From assembly GCA_944383895.1 (NCBI GenBank), contig CALWRH010000001.1:121199-185198 (forward strand): a DNA stretch of 64,000 nt. Reading direction: 5' to 3'. Position numbers and translations under genes: made by a program. The notes under the pieces are model-generated. The model was not told the origin of the DNA and made no database searches. It worked only from the letters and a program-made list of their open reading frames with translations. Source of the stretch: an uncultured Christensenellaceae bacterium (lineage in GTDB: Bacteria; Bacillota; Clostridia; Christensenellales; UBA3700). Shown here piece after piece: positions 10,444 through 18,300 of the stretch. How positions within the stretch are numbered: the stretch's first letter is position 1; each line of letters begins with the position of its first letter.

Positions 10444-11109
10444 CTATTTTGCAGACGAAATATCGAAAACGCCCTGATTTTGAAGATAAAACTCGGGCAC
10501 ATCGCCCACTATAACGTTTTCGCAAAGCAAAAGCGAGCTTTCGCAGAACACGTCCTTTGCGTAAAGAGGCAGAACGACGTTTGCCGTAGCAACAATGTCG
10601 ATGTACAAGCTGTGTCTTACCTGGTTTATGCCTACGACTTCGAACTGAGAGCGGAAATTGCACTCCGCGATACCAACCGTTTCAACCTCGACTTTTACGT
10701 CCTGACCGCTATCGCCCAAAAGAAGTATGCCGCTGAACGCGCCTAGCGGCACGTCTACTCCGTCCACCGTTATAGCCTGCATTTCGTCTAGCACAGCAGT
10801 GCTTATAAAGCTCATGACGTTGTTGACTTTGAGCATATCGACACTTATAAGATTTATTTCGCCTTGAGAATTGAAAGTTATATTTACAAAATCCGAATAT
10901 CCGAGCGAAGTCATTTCATCGACCGTAGCCTGATAAGCGTTGTTGAGCGCGCGAACCGCCTCACCTCTTATCGAATAATACGCTTTGTCGGTAACGAGCG
11001 GCACGACGTTGGAACGCACGAAAACGCCGAGCCCGACGATCATTGCAAGCAATATGACCGCCGCGACAAAACGTTTTAATTTTTTCCTCTTTCTCTGACA
11101 ATAAGCCAC
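10444..11109 (-). CDS. yunB: sporulation protein YunB family
   Basis: 221 aa with an N-terminal TM anchor and a C-terminal ...VIVGDVPEFYLQ motif, as I remember for YunB. It sits next to the spoVA genes. Confidence 0.65.
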   Translation of the reverse strand: MAYCQRKRKKLKRFVAAVILLAMIVGLGVFVRSNVVPLVTDKAYYSIRGEAVRALNNAYQATVDEMTSLGYSDFVNITFNSQGEINLISVDMLKVNNVMSFISTAVLDEMQAITVDGVDVPLGAFSGILLLGDSGQDVKVEVETVGIAECNFRSQFEVVGINQVRHSLYIDIVATANVVLPLYAKDVFCESSLLLCENVIVGDVPEFYLQNQGVFDISSAK

Positions 11110-11153
11110 GCAATATTATATGCGGGAACCGTCACGATTGTTGCATAAGATTA

Positions 11154-11522
11154 TCAAGTGCTTTTCGGCTTAGACTTAGAAATAAGCGCTATTATAAATC
11201 CGAAAGCTATCGCTGCCGAAAGTCCTGCCGCTACTGCGGCAAGTCCGCCCGTGCACGCCTGATAAAGACCTTGTTTTGCGCCCTCTATCGCGCCTGCAGC
11301 AAGTGATTTGCCGAATCCCGTAATAGGGATTGTTATTCCCGCCTTGCCGAAATCCTCAATATACTTAAAAATACCTACCGCCTCGAGCAACGCTCCTGCA
11401 AGCAGAAAAGTCACCAGCACGCGCGCAGAAGTCATCCTCGTTTTGTTTATAAGGATCTGACCTATCGTACAGACGAGTCCGCCGACGGCAAAAACTTTGA
11501 GATACGTCAAAAATATATCCAT
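11154..11522 (-). CDS. spoVAE: stage V sporulation protein AE (SpoVAEB-type)
   Basis: 122-aa polytopic membrane protein with GITIPITGFG. It is the third gene of a spoVAC-D-E cluster. Confidence 0.88.
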   Translation of the reverse strand: MDIFLTYLKVFAVGGLVCTIGQILINKTRMTSARVLVTFLLAGALLEAVGIFKYIEDFGKAGITIPITGFGKSLAAGAIEGAKQGLYQACTGGLAAVAAGLSAAIAFGFIIALISKSKPKST

Positions 11523-11537
11523 TTTATCACCTTTACA

Positions 11538-12542
11538 CTATATTTCTATCGCTACTGCGTGAGCTATAGCGGGAATACTCTCTCCCTGAAGCGACGAATC
11601 TTTCGATAACATCGCACCCGTGGGTACGAATAATATTCTTTTGAGCCCGCCTTCCATCATAGTCTTATACAGATAACTGCAAAAGACGAGCGAACTGCAT
11701 CCCGCGCCCGAACCGCCTAAACCGCATTTCTGCCTGTCCTTGAATATCATGCAGCCGCAGTCGTTTACTCTGTCTTTCACCGCGCCGCACTCCTGCTCAA
11801 GCATAGTGCAAAGCAGTTCTCTGCCGAGCTTGCCGAGATCGCCCGTTACGATAAGGTCGTAATAATCTGCCCCGACGCCTCTTTCTCTCAGATGTGCGGA
11901 TATGGTGTCGTATGCGGCGGGCGCCATTGCCGCGCCCATGTTGTTAGGATCGTCAAGACCCATATCTATGACTTTTCCCAACGTAAAGCCTGTTATTTTC
12001 GGGCATTTGAATTTGGGTTTTGAGGTAGTCAGCATAGCGCATCCCGCTCCTGTAACCGTCCATTGGGCGGTAGGAGGCGGCTGCGTGCCGAGCTCGAGCG
12101 GATAACGGTATTGCCGCTCTGCCGTCGCAAAGTGTGAACTTGTACAACAAATTACGCGTTCAGCCCCTCCCGAAAGCAATATCGCACCCGTTGCGAGAGC
12201 CTGTCCGAAAGTCGCGCACGCGCTGTACAGCCCGCAAAACGGGATGTCGAACTCTCTTGCAGAAAACCCGGACGGCACAAGCTGATTCAGAAGATCTCCG
12301 CCTAAAATAACGTCGACGTCTGCTGCCGATACCGATGCGGATTTCAAAAGACTTTCTATCGCGTGCTTTCTCAGCTTGATTTCGGCCTTTTCGTGCGATT
12401 TACAGCCGAATTCGCTCTCGTCTATGACATAGTCGAAAAAGTCTCTGAGTCTGCCTTTTCCTTCGTCTACGCCCGCAATAGTCGCCGTGTGGGATATATA
12501 GATCTTTTTATCGAGGATATAAGTCTGTCTGCCTTTCTTCAT
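11538..12542 (-). CDS. spoVAD: stage V sporulation protein AD
   Basis: Thiolase-like SpoVAD sequence (MKKGRQTY...IAGVDEGKG...). The ATG at 12542 overlaps the spoVAC stop (ATGA). The ORF-track start at 12593 would lie inside spoVAC. Confidence 0.9.
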   Translation of the reverse strand: MKKGRQTYILDKKIYISHTATIAGVDEGKGRLRDFFDYVIDESEFGCKSHEKAEIKLRKHAIESLLKSASVSAADVDVILGGDLLNQLVPSGFSAREFDIPFCGLYSACATFGQALATGAILLSGGAERVICCTSSHFATAERQYRYPLELGTQPPPTAQWTVTGAGCAMLTTSKPKFKCPKITGFTLGKVIDMGLDDPNNMGAAMAPAAYDTISAHLRERGVGADYYDLIVTGDLGKLGRELLCTMLEQECGAVKDRVNDCGCMIFKDRQKCGLGGSGAGCSSLVFCSYLYKTMMEGGLKRILFVPTGAMLSKDSSLQGESIPAIAHAVAIEI

Positions 12543-12985
12543 ACGAACAACCCTATAACGTAATATACGATACCTATCACTACCGACGCGCACACGCCCG
12601 AAACTATAACGGGTCCAGCGATAGAAAACATTTTTGCCATAAGTCCGAACACGATGCCTTCTTTGTTGTACTCGATAGCTGGAGAAACTATTGAATTAGC
12701 AAATCCCGTTATCGGCAATACCGATCCGGCTCCCGCGTAGTAGCCTATCTTGTCATAGACGCCGAGTCCCGTAAGAAGACTTCCCAGGAATATCATTACA
12801 ACGCCCGTCAACGCGCCTATTTTCTTTGCATCGAAATCAGGTAAAAGCAAAGCGAGCACGTCGGAAAAAGCTTGTCCTATCATACAGATAAGTCCGCCTA
12901 TCGCAAAAGCGCATAAAATCGTCTTGCCTTCTTTAGTCTTCGGCGACGTCTGTTTTACTAATTCCCCGTATTCCTTCTTGTCCAT
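12539..12985 (-). CDS. spoVAC: stage V sporulation protein AC
   Basis: 148 aa, 4 TM helices, with SVLPITGFANSIVSPA, the SpoVAC/SpoVAEB family motif. SD GGGAGAGGTG. Confidence 0.9.
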   Translation of the reverse strand: MDKKEYGELVKQTSPKTKEGKTILCAFAIGGLICMIGQAFSDVLALLLPDFDAKKIGALTGVVMIFLGSLLTGLGVYDKIGYYAGAGSVLPITGFANSIVSPAIEYNKEGIVFGLMAKMFSIAGPVIVSGVCASVVIGIVYYVIGLFV

Positions 12986-13130
12986 TTTCGTGCACCTCTC
13001 CCAAAGGTCTTTTAAGCGGAAAAACCGATTCTTTGTATTCGTTGAAACCGTCAGCGTGATTTTCTCTCATACATTGACCTCCGTAATTATATATCCGTAT
13101 TATTTGCCGTTTGAGAGAATTTATCCGCAT

Positions 13131-13159
13131 AAAAAAAGCGACGGATAACGCTCCGTCGT
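13131..13159 (-). terminator. rho-independent terminator after the 13185..13892 gene
   Basis: Minus strand: ACGACGGA-GCGTTA-TCCGTCGC followed by T7. Confidence 0.75.
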
Positions 13160-13184
13160 TTTTATTGATTTTTGCACAATGAAA

Positions 13185-13892
13185 TTATATGAAACTGAAC
13201 GACCAATATACAGGCGGCTCTCTGAACAGAACTATCTGCAAACACATGAAAAGCGTATCCAGCACGATCCATAGTCCTAAAGTACAGCATACAGCAACCG
13301 CAGTTTCGTAATTGATCTTTTGTCTGAAATACCTGACAGACGGTCTTAAGACAAACCTGAAAAGCAGATATGCGCCCGTGCCGTACCCTAACGCAGAAAA
13401 CAAACTGACGTACTGAGTCAGATGCAGCGGCTGATTGGAATAATTCCAAAGCCTGACGCCGAACAACTTTTCCCACAGGTTTCCTACGACGAATTCTCCG
13501 ACAAAAACTGCTCCGCATATAACTGCCAGAGAAATTATGTTGGAAAGCACTATGCTATTTTTATTCCTGCGTCTGAAAAGCGTTTTGCCGAATATGCAAA
13601 CGTTGTCGGGATCTTTAAGCATTACATGCAAGGCGATCGGGATAAGCGCATAAGGCGAAATAAACGGCAATAAGTGAAATCTGCTGTCCACAATGCCCGA
13701 CGAAACCAATTTCACCGTATTTTCTGCAATCCAGCCGATAAACGCGGTAAGAATACCCGTCATATAGAGATAGACAAACTCTTCACCGTATATTTTTATA
13801 CGTTTTTTGCCGTATGCGTTCGTGTCCGACAAAACTACGCAACTGATTTTTTTCAAAGCTCTGAAACCGTTTGTTACCGCACTTCCGACCAT
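13185..13892 (-). CDS. polytopic membrane protein (resembles the 'putative ABC-transporter type IV'/CmpB-like family)
   Basis: 235 aa with multiple TM helices and the segment FIGWIAENTV...SRFHLLPF.SPY, which is reminiscent of that family. The family assignment is tentative and the start is uncertain. Confidence 0.5.
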   Translation of the reverse strand: MVGSAVTNGFRALKKISCVVLSDTNAYGKKRIKIYGEEFVYLYMTGILTAFIGWIAENTVKLVSSGIVDSRFHLLPFISPYALIPIALHVMLKDPDNVCIFGKTLFRRRNKNSIVLSNIISLAVICGAVFVGEFVVGNLWEKLFGVRLWNYSNQPLHLTQYVSLFSALGYGTGAYLLFRFVLRPSVRYFRQKINYETAVAVCCTLGLWIVLDTLFMCLQIVLFREPPVYWSFSFI

Positions 13893-14110
13893 GAACTTAC
13901 CTCTTAATCATAATATGTCGTCTCTTCGCAATGCTCCAAAGGCTGCTGATTTTTTGCAGACTTATTCCTTGAGACAACTGTATCATACAATCGTTTTGAG
14001 ATAATTTCAACAGTGCAGAAACCGTATCGGACAACAGGCAAAATTATGTCCGCGGGTTTAAGACAAACGGCAAGGTTTTGTATCGCGTAGAAGTTAATTT
14101 TTGAAATTAT

Positions 14111-14137
14111 AAAAAAATCGGCGGATATTTCCGCCGA
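14111..14137 (-). terminator. rho-independent terminator of the spoIIA operon
   Basis: Minus strand: TCGGCGGA-AATA-TCCGCCGA followed by T7, 17 nt after the sigF stop. Confidence 0.85.
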
Positions 14138-14153
14138 AATAAACTTATCTGTA

Positions 14154-14873
14154 TTATGCCAGAGCTTTTTTCATTTCGTTTATTATCTTGCTTTCTATTC
14201 TCGATACCTGGACTTGCGATACGCCTAATATTTTTGCGATTTCGCTCTGGGTCTTGTCTTTGAAATATCTGAGCACGATAACTGTTTTTTCTCTCTTTGG
14301 CAAAGTTTTGATGAAGTCTTTGATTATCATTTTGTCTATCATTTCGTCGCCGTTTTCTCCCGAGTCGAGCTTGTCTATAACGCTCTGCGAGTTGTCGTCG
14401 TCGTATTTTTCGTAAAGAGATACAGGATATTTGCTGCTGTCCATGGCAAATACGACTTCTTGCGGATCTACACCGAGTTTTTCCGCAAGATAAGCAACGT
14501 CAGGCGCGTCGCCGTGTTCCTGTTTGTACTCGTTTACAGTCTGCTGTATCTTGAGCGAAGTCGCTTTGAGAGCGCGGCTGACTTTTATCGCGCCGTCGTC
14601 GCGTATAAATCTCTTTATTTCGCCCGCTATCATAGGTACGGCGTAAGTAGAAAATTTTACTCCGAAGGATACGTCGAAATTGTTTATCGCCTTCACGAGT
14701 CCCATTGCGCCCAGCTGAAGAAGATCGTCGTATTCTATCATCTTGTTGCGATAACGCGCGACGATCGACTTTATAAGCGGCATATTGTGTACGATGAGTT
14801 GTTCTTTAGCGTTATCGTCCCCTTTCTGTGCGGCGACGATAAGCCCGACAGTCTCAGTGTAATCAAGCATCAA
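14154..14873 (-). CDS. sigF: RNA polymerase sporulation sigma factor SigF
   Basis: 239-aa sigma-70 family protein (regions 2-4, HTH SQSEIAKILGVSQVQVSRIE). It is the third gene after spoIIAA and spoIIAB, and its start overlaps the spoIIAB stop. Confidence 0.93.
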   Translation of the reverse strand: MMLDYTETVGLIVAAQKGDDNAKEQLIVHNMPLIKSIVARYRNKMIEYDDLLQLGAMGLVKAINNFDVSFGVKFSTYAVPMIAGEIKRFIRDDGAIKVSRALKATSLKIQQTVNEYKQEHGDAPDVAYLAEKLGVDPQEVVFAMDSSKYPVSLYEKYDDDNSQSVIDKLDSGENGDEMIDKMIIKDFIKTLPKREKTVIVLRYFKDKTQSEIAKILGVSQVQVSRIESKIINEMKKALA

Positions 14874-15298
14874 GCAACCTCTTTTCCGATATTTTTGACC
14901 ATCGTAACCGTTGTACCTTTGCCCGGCGTAGAATCGACGCGCATCTCGTCCATGAAAGTGCTCATGAGAGTAAATCCCATACCGCTGCGCTCTTCGTCGG
15001 GTTTTGTCGTAAAGAACGGCTCTAAAGCTTGCTGCACGTTTTCAATGCCCTTGCCGCCGTCGCTGATTATTATTGACAATTTTCCGCCGTCTACACATAG
15101 ATCGAGATAAACATAATTGCCGCTTTTGCCCTCATAGCCGTGTATGACGCAGTTGGTAAACGCCTCGGATACTGCCGTTTTGATATCCTCTATCTGTTCT
15201 ACCGTAGGATCGAGCTCTACGCAAAAAGCAGCTACTGTGCTCCTTATAAAAGCGTCGTTTGCCATATCTGCGGAAATTTTTATATAAAGTTTGTTCAT
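14870..15298 (-). CDS. spoIIAB: anti-sigma F factor (serine kinase SpoIIAB)
   Basis: 142-aa HATPase_c-type protein (EAFTNCVIHGY; DGGKGI; GMGFTLM), lying between spoIIAA and sigF. Confidence 0.93.
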   Translation of the reverse strand: MNKLYIKISADMANDAFIRSTVAAFCVELDPTVEQIEDIKTAVSEAFTNCVIHGYEGKSGNYVYLDLCVDGGKLSIIISDGGKGIENVQQALEPFFTTKPDEERSGMGFTLMSTFMDEMRVDSTPGKGTTVTMVKNIGKEVA

Positions 15299-15305
15299 AT
15301 TACCC

Positions 15306-15617
15306 TCACAAATTTATTTTCTGAATTATTCTATAAATGCCCGCCAGCGACAAAATTTTGTCGACGTGCGGATTGGGCGAAGAAATATATATTCCCGCAC
15401 CTGCTCTTTTGAGATTTTTGTATCTGCCGAGCAATATGCCTATGCCCGTGCTGTCCATAAACTTAAGATGAGAAAAATCGAATACGAAATTGCGGAATCC
15501 GCCCACGGAAATCCTCTTATCCAATTTCTCTCGCACAGCTACGGCGGTATGCTCGTCAAGCTCTCCGTCAAGTTTTGCAACAACGGTATCTCCGCTGCTT
15601 ACGATGTCAAGTTGCAT
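15306..15617 (-). CDS. spoIIAA: anti-sigma F factor antagonist SpoIIAA (STAS domain)
   Basis: 103-aa STAS fold with the phosphorylatable Ser context FMDSTGIG. It is the first gene of the operon. SD AAAGGAG. Confidence 0.92.
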   Translation of the reverse strand: MQLDIVSSGDTVVAKLDGELDEHTAVAVREKLDKRISVGGFRNFVFDFSHLKFMDSTGIGILLGRYKNLKRAGAGIYISSPNPHVDKILSLAGIYRIIQKINL

Positions 15618-15703
15618 AGCTTTCTCCTTTTATTCAAGTAAGAATTATTATAAATTATCGTTTGAGTCGAAAAAACGCCGCTTTTGGCGACGTTTGGCGA
15701 ATA

Positions 15704-15730
15704 AAGAAAAATCCGCTTTATAAGCGGATC
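15704..15730 (-). terminator. rho-independent terminator after the 70-aa ORF
   Basis: Minus strand: ATCCGCTT-ATAA-AAGCGGAT followed by TTTTTC. A second weaker hairpin with a T6 run lies at about 15671-15695. Confidence 0.75.
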
Positions 15731-15756
15731 TTGCATAATAGGTACTGAAATAAAAT

Positions 15757-15969
15757 TTACTTTTGCTCTTCGACAGTCAGTCTGAATTTGTTGCCGTCTC
15801 TGAATTCAATGTCAAAAACGTTGTTATCTCTTTTAACATCACATATAAACAATTCCTTAAACGCAACGTTAAGTTCATTGCAGAAATCGTTTAATGTTTC
15901 GTAATCCGACGAATACTGACAATTATCCTGTTCATTGATTTTCATATTTATATTATAGTAATTTTTCAC
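15757..15969 (-). CDS. hypothetical small protein (70 aa)
   Basis: The ORF sits in a low-GC patch, has its own terminator, and is divergent from an XRE regulator. I see no recognisable domain. Confidence 0.45.
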   Translation of the reverse strand: MKNYYNINMKINEQDNCQYSSDYETLNDFCNELNVAFKELFICDVKRDNNVFDIEFRDGNKFRLTVEEQK

Positions 15970-16035
15970 GGGTATGACAAGTATTTTTATATATTAATTG
16001 CAATAATTTTTTTAGAAAAATCAGGACTTAGAGAT

Positions 16036-16473
16036 ATGGATAGATTAAAATATTTTTCAGATTGTCTTAATGACACGCTTGTGGAACGTAATATAACAAT
16101 AAAAAATCTTTCCGCAAAAAGCGGAATCACCGATTCAAGAATTTACGATTTTTTGTCAGGCAAATGCGCTCCGTCTCTCACAAACGCTGTTAAACTCGCC
16201 AACGCTCTCAACTGCACTCTCGACTATTTATTCGGTTTTGAAGAAGTGTACACATTTTGTCAGAATTATACTTTGACATCAGATTGTTCAGAGAGATTGA
16301 GACAAGCAATTGCTACAAGCGGTAAAACTCGATATAAAATTTCAAAGGAAACAAAGGTATCTCAACAGCAACTGCATAACTGGTACAAAAATAAACAAAC
16401 TCCGACCTTGGTATCTCTTGTAAACTTTGCCGAATATTTCAACTGCTCTCTCGATTATCTGGTAGGCAAATAA
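16036..16473 (+). CDS. XRE-family transcriptional regulator with two tandem HTH domains
   Basis: 145 aa with two repeats of the Cro/C1-type HTH pattern (...L.AKSGI..S.IY.F..GK..P.....KLANALNCTLDYLFG and ...ISKETKVS...L..W...K..P.....NFAEYFNCSLDYLVG). Confidence 0.8.
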   Translation: MDRLKYFSDCLNDTLVERNITIKNLSAKSGITDSRIYDFLSGKCAPSLTNAVKLANALNCTLDYLFGFEEVYTFCQNYTLTSDCSERLRQAIATSGKTRYKISKETKVSQQQLHNWYKNKQTPTLVSLVNFAEYFNCSLDYLVGK

Positions 16474-16476
16474 AAT

Positions 16477-16501
16477 AAGCTCCGCATTGCGGAGCTTTCT
16501 T
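16477..16501 (+). terminator. terminator hairpin between the convergent XRE and acetyltransferase genes
   Basis: AAGCTCCGC-ATT-GCGGAGCTT followed by TCTTC, placed 4 nt after the XRE stop and 3 nt before the minus-strand gene's stop. Confidence 0.7.
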
Positions 16502-16503
16502 CA

Positions 16504-17097
16504 TTATTGCGGCTTGTAAAACGGATACGACGTTTTGTCTGCCTCTGTTATTTCTCGCATCACCCTGCAAGGCACGCCGACTGCCACAACGTTTGCGGGT
16601 ATAGCCTTTGTAACCACGCTGCCTGCTCCTATCACGGTATTGTCGCCTATCGTTACTCCGCCGAGGATTATGCTGCCCGTGCCTATCCATACGTTGTTGC
16701 CAACCGTTATGGATTTTGCTATCTCTACGCCTTTTTTCCTGAGCTCGGGATCAACAGGATGTTCTGCCGTCGTAAAGCTGCAATTGGGGCCAATAAATAC
16801 GTTGTCACCGAACTTTACGGGCAAACCGTCCTGTATAAGCATATTATGATTGGCATAAAAACTGTCGCCGACGTGAATATTGTAGCCGTAATCGCACCAG
16901 AACGGCGGCACGATTATCGCGTCTTTTCCCATTGTACCGAGAATATCTTTCAGCATTTTTGCCTGGGTTTCTCTGTCGTTGGGATTGAGTTTGTTATACT
17001 CAAAGCATTTGTCCTTGCATTTTCTTATCTGTTCTTCGTATGCGGGATTGTAGCACCCTTGAAAAAACATGTTTTCAGGTACGAAAGGTCTTTCCAT
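16504..17097 (-). CDS. sugar (maltose/galactoside-type) O-acetyltransferase, hexapeptide-repeat family
   Basis: Left-handed beta-helix hexapeptide repeats (NVWIGTGSIILGGVTIGDNTVIGAGSVV) and a Maa-like N-terminus. I prefer the start MERPF at 17097 over the ORF-track start at 17154. Confidence 0.85.
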   Translation of the reverse strand: MERPFVPENMFFQGCYNPAYEEQIRKCKDKCFEYNKLNPNDRETQAKMLKDILGTMGKDAIIVPPFWCDYGYNIHVGDSFYANHNMLIQDGLPVKFGDNVFIGPNCSFTTAEHPVDPELRKKGVEIAKSITVGNNVWIGTGSIILGGVTIGDNTVIGAGSVVTKAIPANVVAVGVPCRVMREITEADKTSYPFYKPQ

Positions 17098-17184
17098 GAT
17101 CTTACCTCTTATCTGTATTACTGATATTTTATCATAAAAAAGCAATCTTAACAATGCCTGTTTTATCAGAAAGAGTTTGAGTAA

Positions 17185-17230
17185 TTGACATCTGAATAAA
17201 TTAATTCTTTAATATAGATAAACATCTATA
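17185..17230 (+). promoter_or_regulatory. candidate promoter (TTGACA-17-TTTAAT) plus palindromic operator TATAGAT-N4-ATCTATA for the arsR-family operon
   Basis: TTGACA lies at 17185-17190 and the -10-like TTTAAT/TAATAT at 17208-17215. A perfect 7-bp inverted repeat at 17213-17230 overlaps the predicted transcription start. Confidence 0.45.
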
Positions 17231-17247
17231 TGACATTGCGAGGATAT

Positions 17248-17520
17248 ATGCAAAACAACATTACAGACAAACTCAAAGCCTTGTCCGATCCAACGAGGCT
17301 TAAGATCGTAGAAATGCTCGGGAGCGGCAAACTGTGTGCATGCAAGATACTTGACAACTTTTCCATGACGCAACCCACATTATCTTACCACATGAAGATC
17401 TTAGCCGATTGCGGACTTGTAGACGTAGAAAAGGATTGGAAATGGTCGTATTATTCTCTGAATCACGATGCAATCGAAGAAATTATCGTGTTTTTCAATA
17501 CGTTAAAGGAGTATCTCTGA
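17248..17520 (+). CDS. ArsR/SmtB-family metalloregulator (winged HTH)
   Basis: LSDPTRLKIVEML..G.LCACKI......TQPTLSYHMKIL...GLV is the ArsR signature, including the CxC metal-site position. The ATG at 17248 has GAGGA upstream. The ORF-track ATG at 17230 has no SD and sits inside the predicted operator. Confidence 0.85.
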   Translation: MQNNITDKLKALSDPTRLKIVEMLGSGKLCACKILDNFSMTQPTLSYHMKILADCGLVDVEKDWKWSYYSLNHDAIEEIIVFFNTLKEYL

Positions 17521-17521
17521 T

Positions 17522-17815
17522 ATGATATGCGAAAACCAAAATAGCTGTATATGCCCTAAAACATCGTGCAAAAACCACGGACATTGTTGCGCATGCGTCA
17601 ACAAACATAAAAATACAGACAGTCTGCCATATTGTCTTTTCCCTGACAACGGTGGAGATAAAAGCAATCTGAATTGTTATTTTGTTACTTCGGTGGATAT
17701 TTGCTTAGCAGCTTTCTGCGCAAGTTGCAGGTTACTGCATGCCGCAAAAGCTCCCGACTTTCGTCGGAGAGCCGCACCACGCGCTAAAGCGCTGTGGTTG
17801 CGCTACTACATTTAA
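17522..17815 (+). CDS. small Cys-rich protein (CxC..C..HGHCCxC..C; possibly DUF6485-like) whose 3' end runs into the repeat array
   Basis: The ATG lies 1 nt after the arsR-family stop (TGAtATG). The first roughly 45 codons look like a real Cys/His-rich protein. From about 17658 the reading frame is made of repeat sequence, so the true C-terminus is uncertain. Confidence 0.55.
   Translation: MICENQNSCICPKTSCKNHGHCCACVNKHKNTDSLPYCLFPDNGGDKSNLNCYFVTSVDICLAAFCASCRLLHAAKAPDFRRRAAPRAKALWLRYYI
17692..17810 (+). repeat. unit A1
   Basis: GGTGGATATTTGCTTAGCAGCTTTCTGCGCAAGTTGCAGGTTACTGCATGCCGCAAAAGC, then CTCCCGAC-TTTC-GTCGGAGAG, then CGCACCACGCGC-TAAA-GCGCTGTGGTTGCG, then CTACTACA. Confidence 0.85.
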
Positions 17816-17827
17816 TATTGTGGCAGA

Positions 17828-17953
17828 GGTGGATATTTGCTTAGCGGCTTTCTGCGTAGGTTGCAAGTTACTGCATGCCGCAAAAGCAACCGCCTGCGGC
17901 GGATTGCCGAACCTGTTTCCGCTGCGCTACAACGGGTTCGCTTACCACCTCTG
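17828..17953 (+). repeat. unit B1 (closed by CAGAGGTGG...CCACCTCTG)
   Basis: It has the same 58-nt 5' module as A. The distinct 3' half is CAACCGCC-TGC-GGCGGATTG plus GCCGAACC..GGGTTCGC, and it ends TTACCACCTCTG. Confidence 0.85.
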
Positions 17954-17996
17954 ACCGACAAGAAAAAAGCACTCTGAATTGTTATTTTGTTACTTC

Positions 17997-18115
17997 GGTG
18001 GATATTTGCTTAGCAGCTTTCTGCGCAAGTTGCAGGTTACTGCATGCCGCAAAAGCTCCCGACTTTCGTCGGAGAGCCGCACCACGCGCTAAAGCGCTGT
18101 GGTTGCGCTACTACA
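17997..18115 (+). repeat. unit A2
   Basis: Identical to A1 by eye. Confidence 0.85.
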
Positions 18116-18132
18116 TTTAATATTGTGGCAGA

Positions 18133-18258
18133 GGTGGATATTTGCTTAGCGGCTCTCTGCGCAAGTTGCAGGTTACTGCATGCCGCAAAAGCAACCGCCT
18201 CCGGCGGATTGCCGAACCTGTTTCCGCTGCGCTGCAACGGGTTCGCTTACCACCTCTG
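18133..18258 (+). repeat. unit B2
   Basis: Differs from B1 at about 6 positions, for example the loops CTTT>CTCT and TGC>TCC. Confidence 0.85.
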
Positions 18259-18300
18259 ACCGACAAAAAAAAACACTCGGAATTATTATTTTGTTACTTC

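Noticed and set aside
15618-15760. Spo0A box / sigma-H promoter upstream of spoIIAA
   Set aside because: An AGTCGAA (0A-box-like) at about 15665-15671 and a GAAT -10-like element are present. I could not find a matching sigma-H -35 at the correct spacing, so this is too weak to report as a feature.
15757-16473. Small ORF plus XRE regulator considered as a toxin-antitoxin or defence module
   Set aside because: The genes are divergent, not co-transcribed. The 70-aa protein shows no toxin-like motif I recognise, and the regulator has two plain HTH domains and no enzymatic or sensor domain. The evidence is insufficient.
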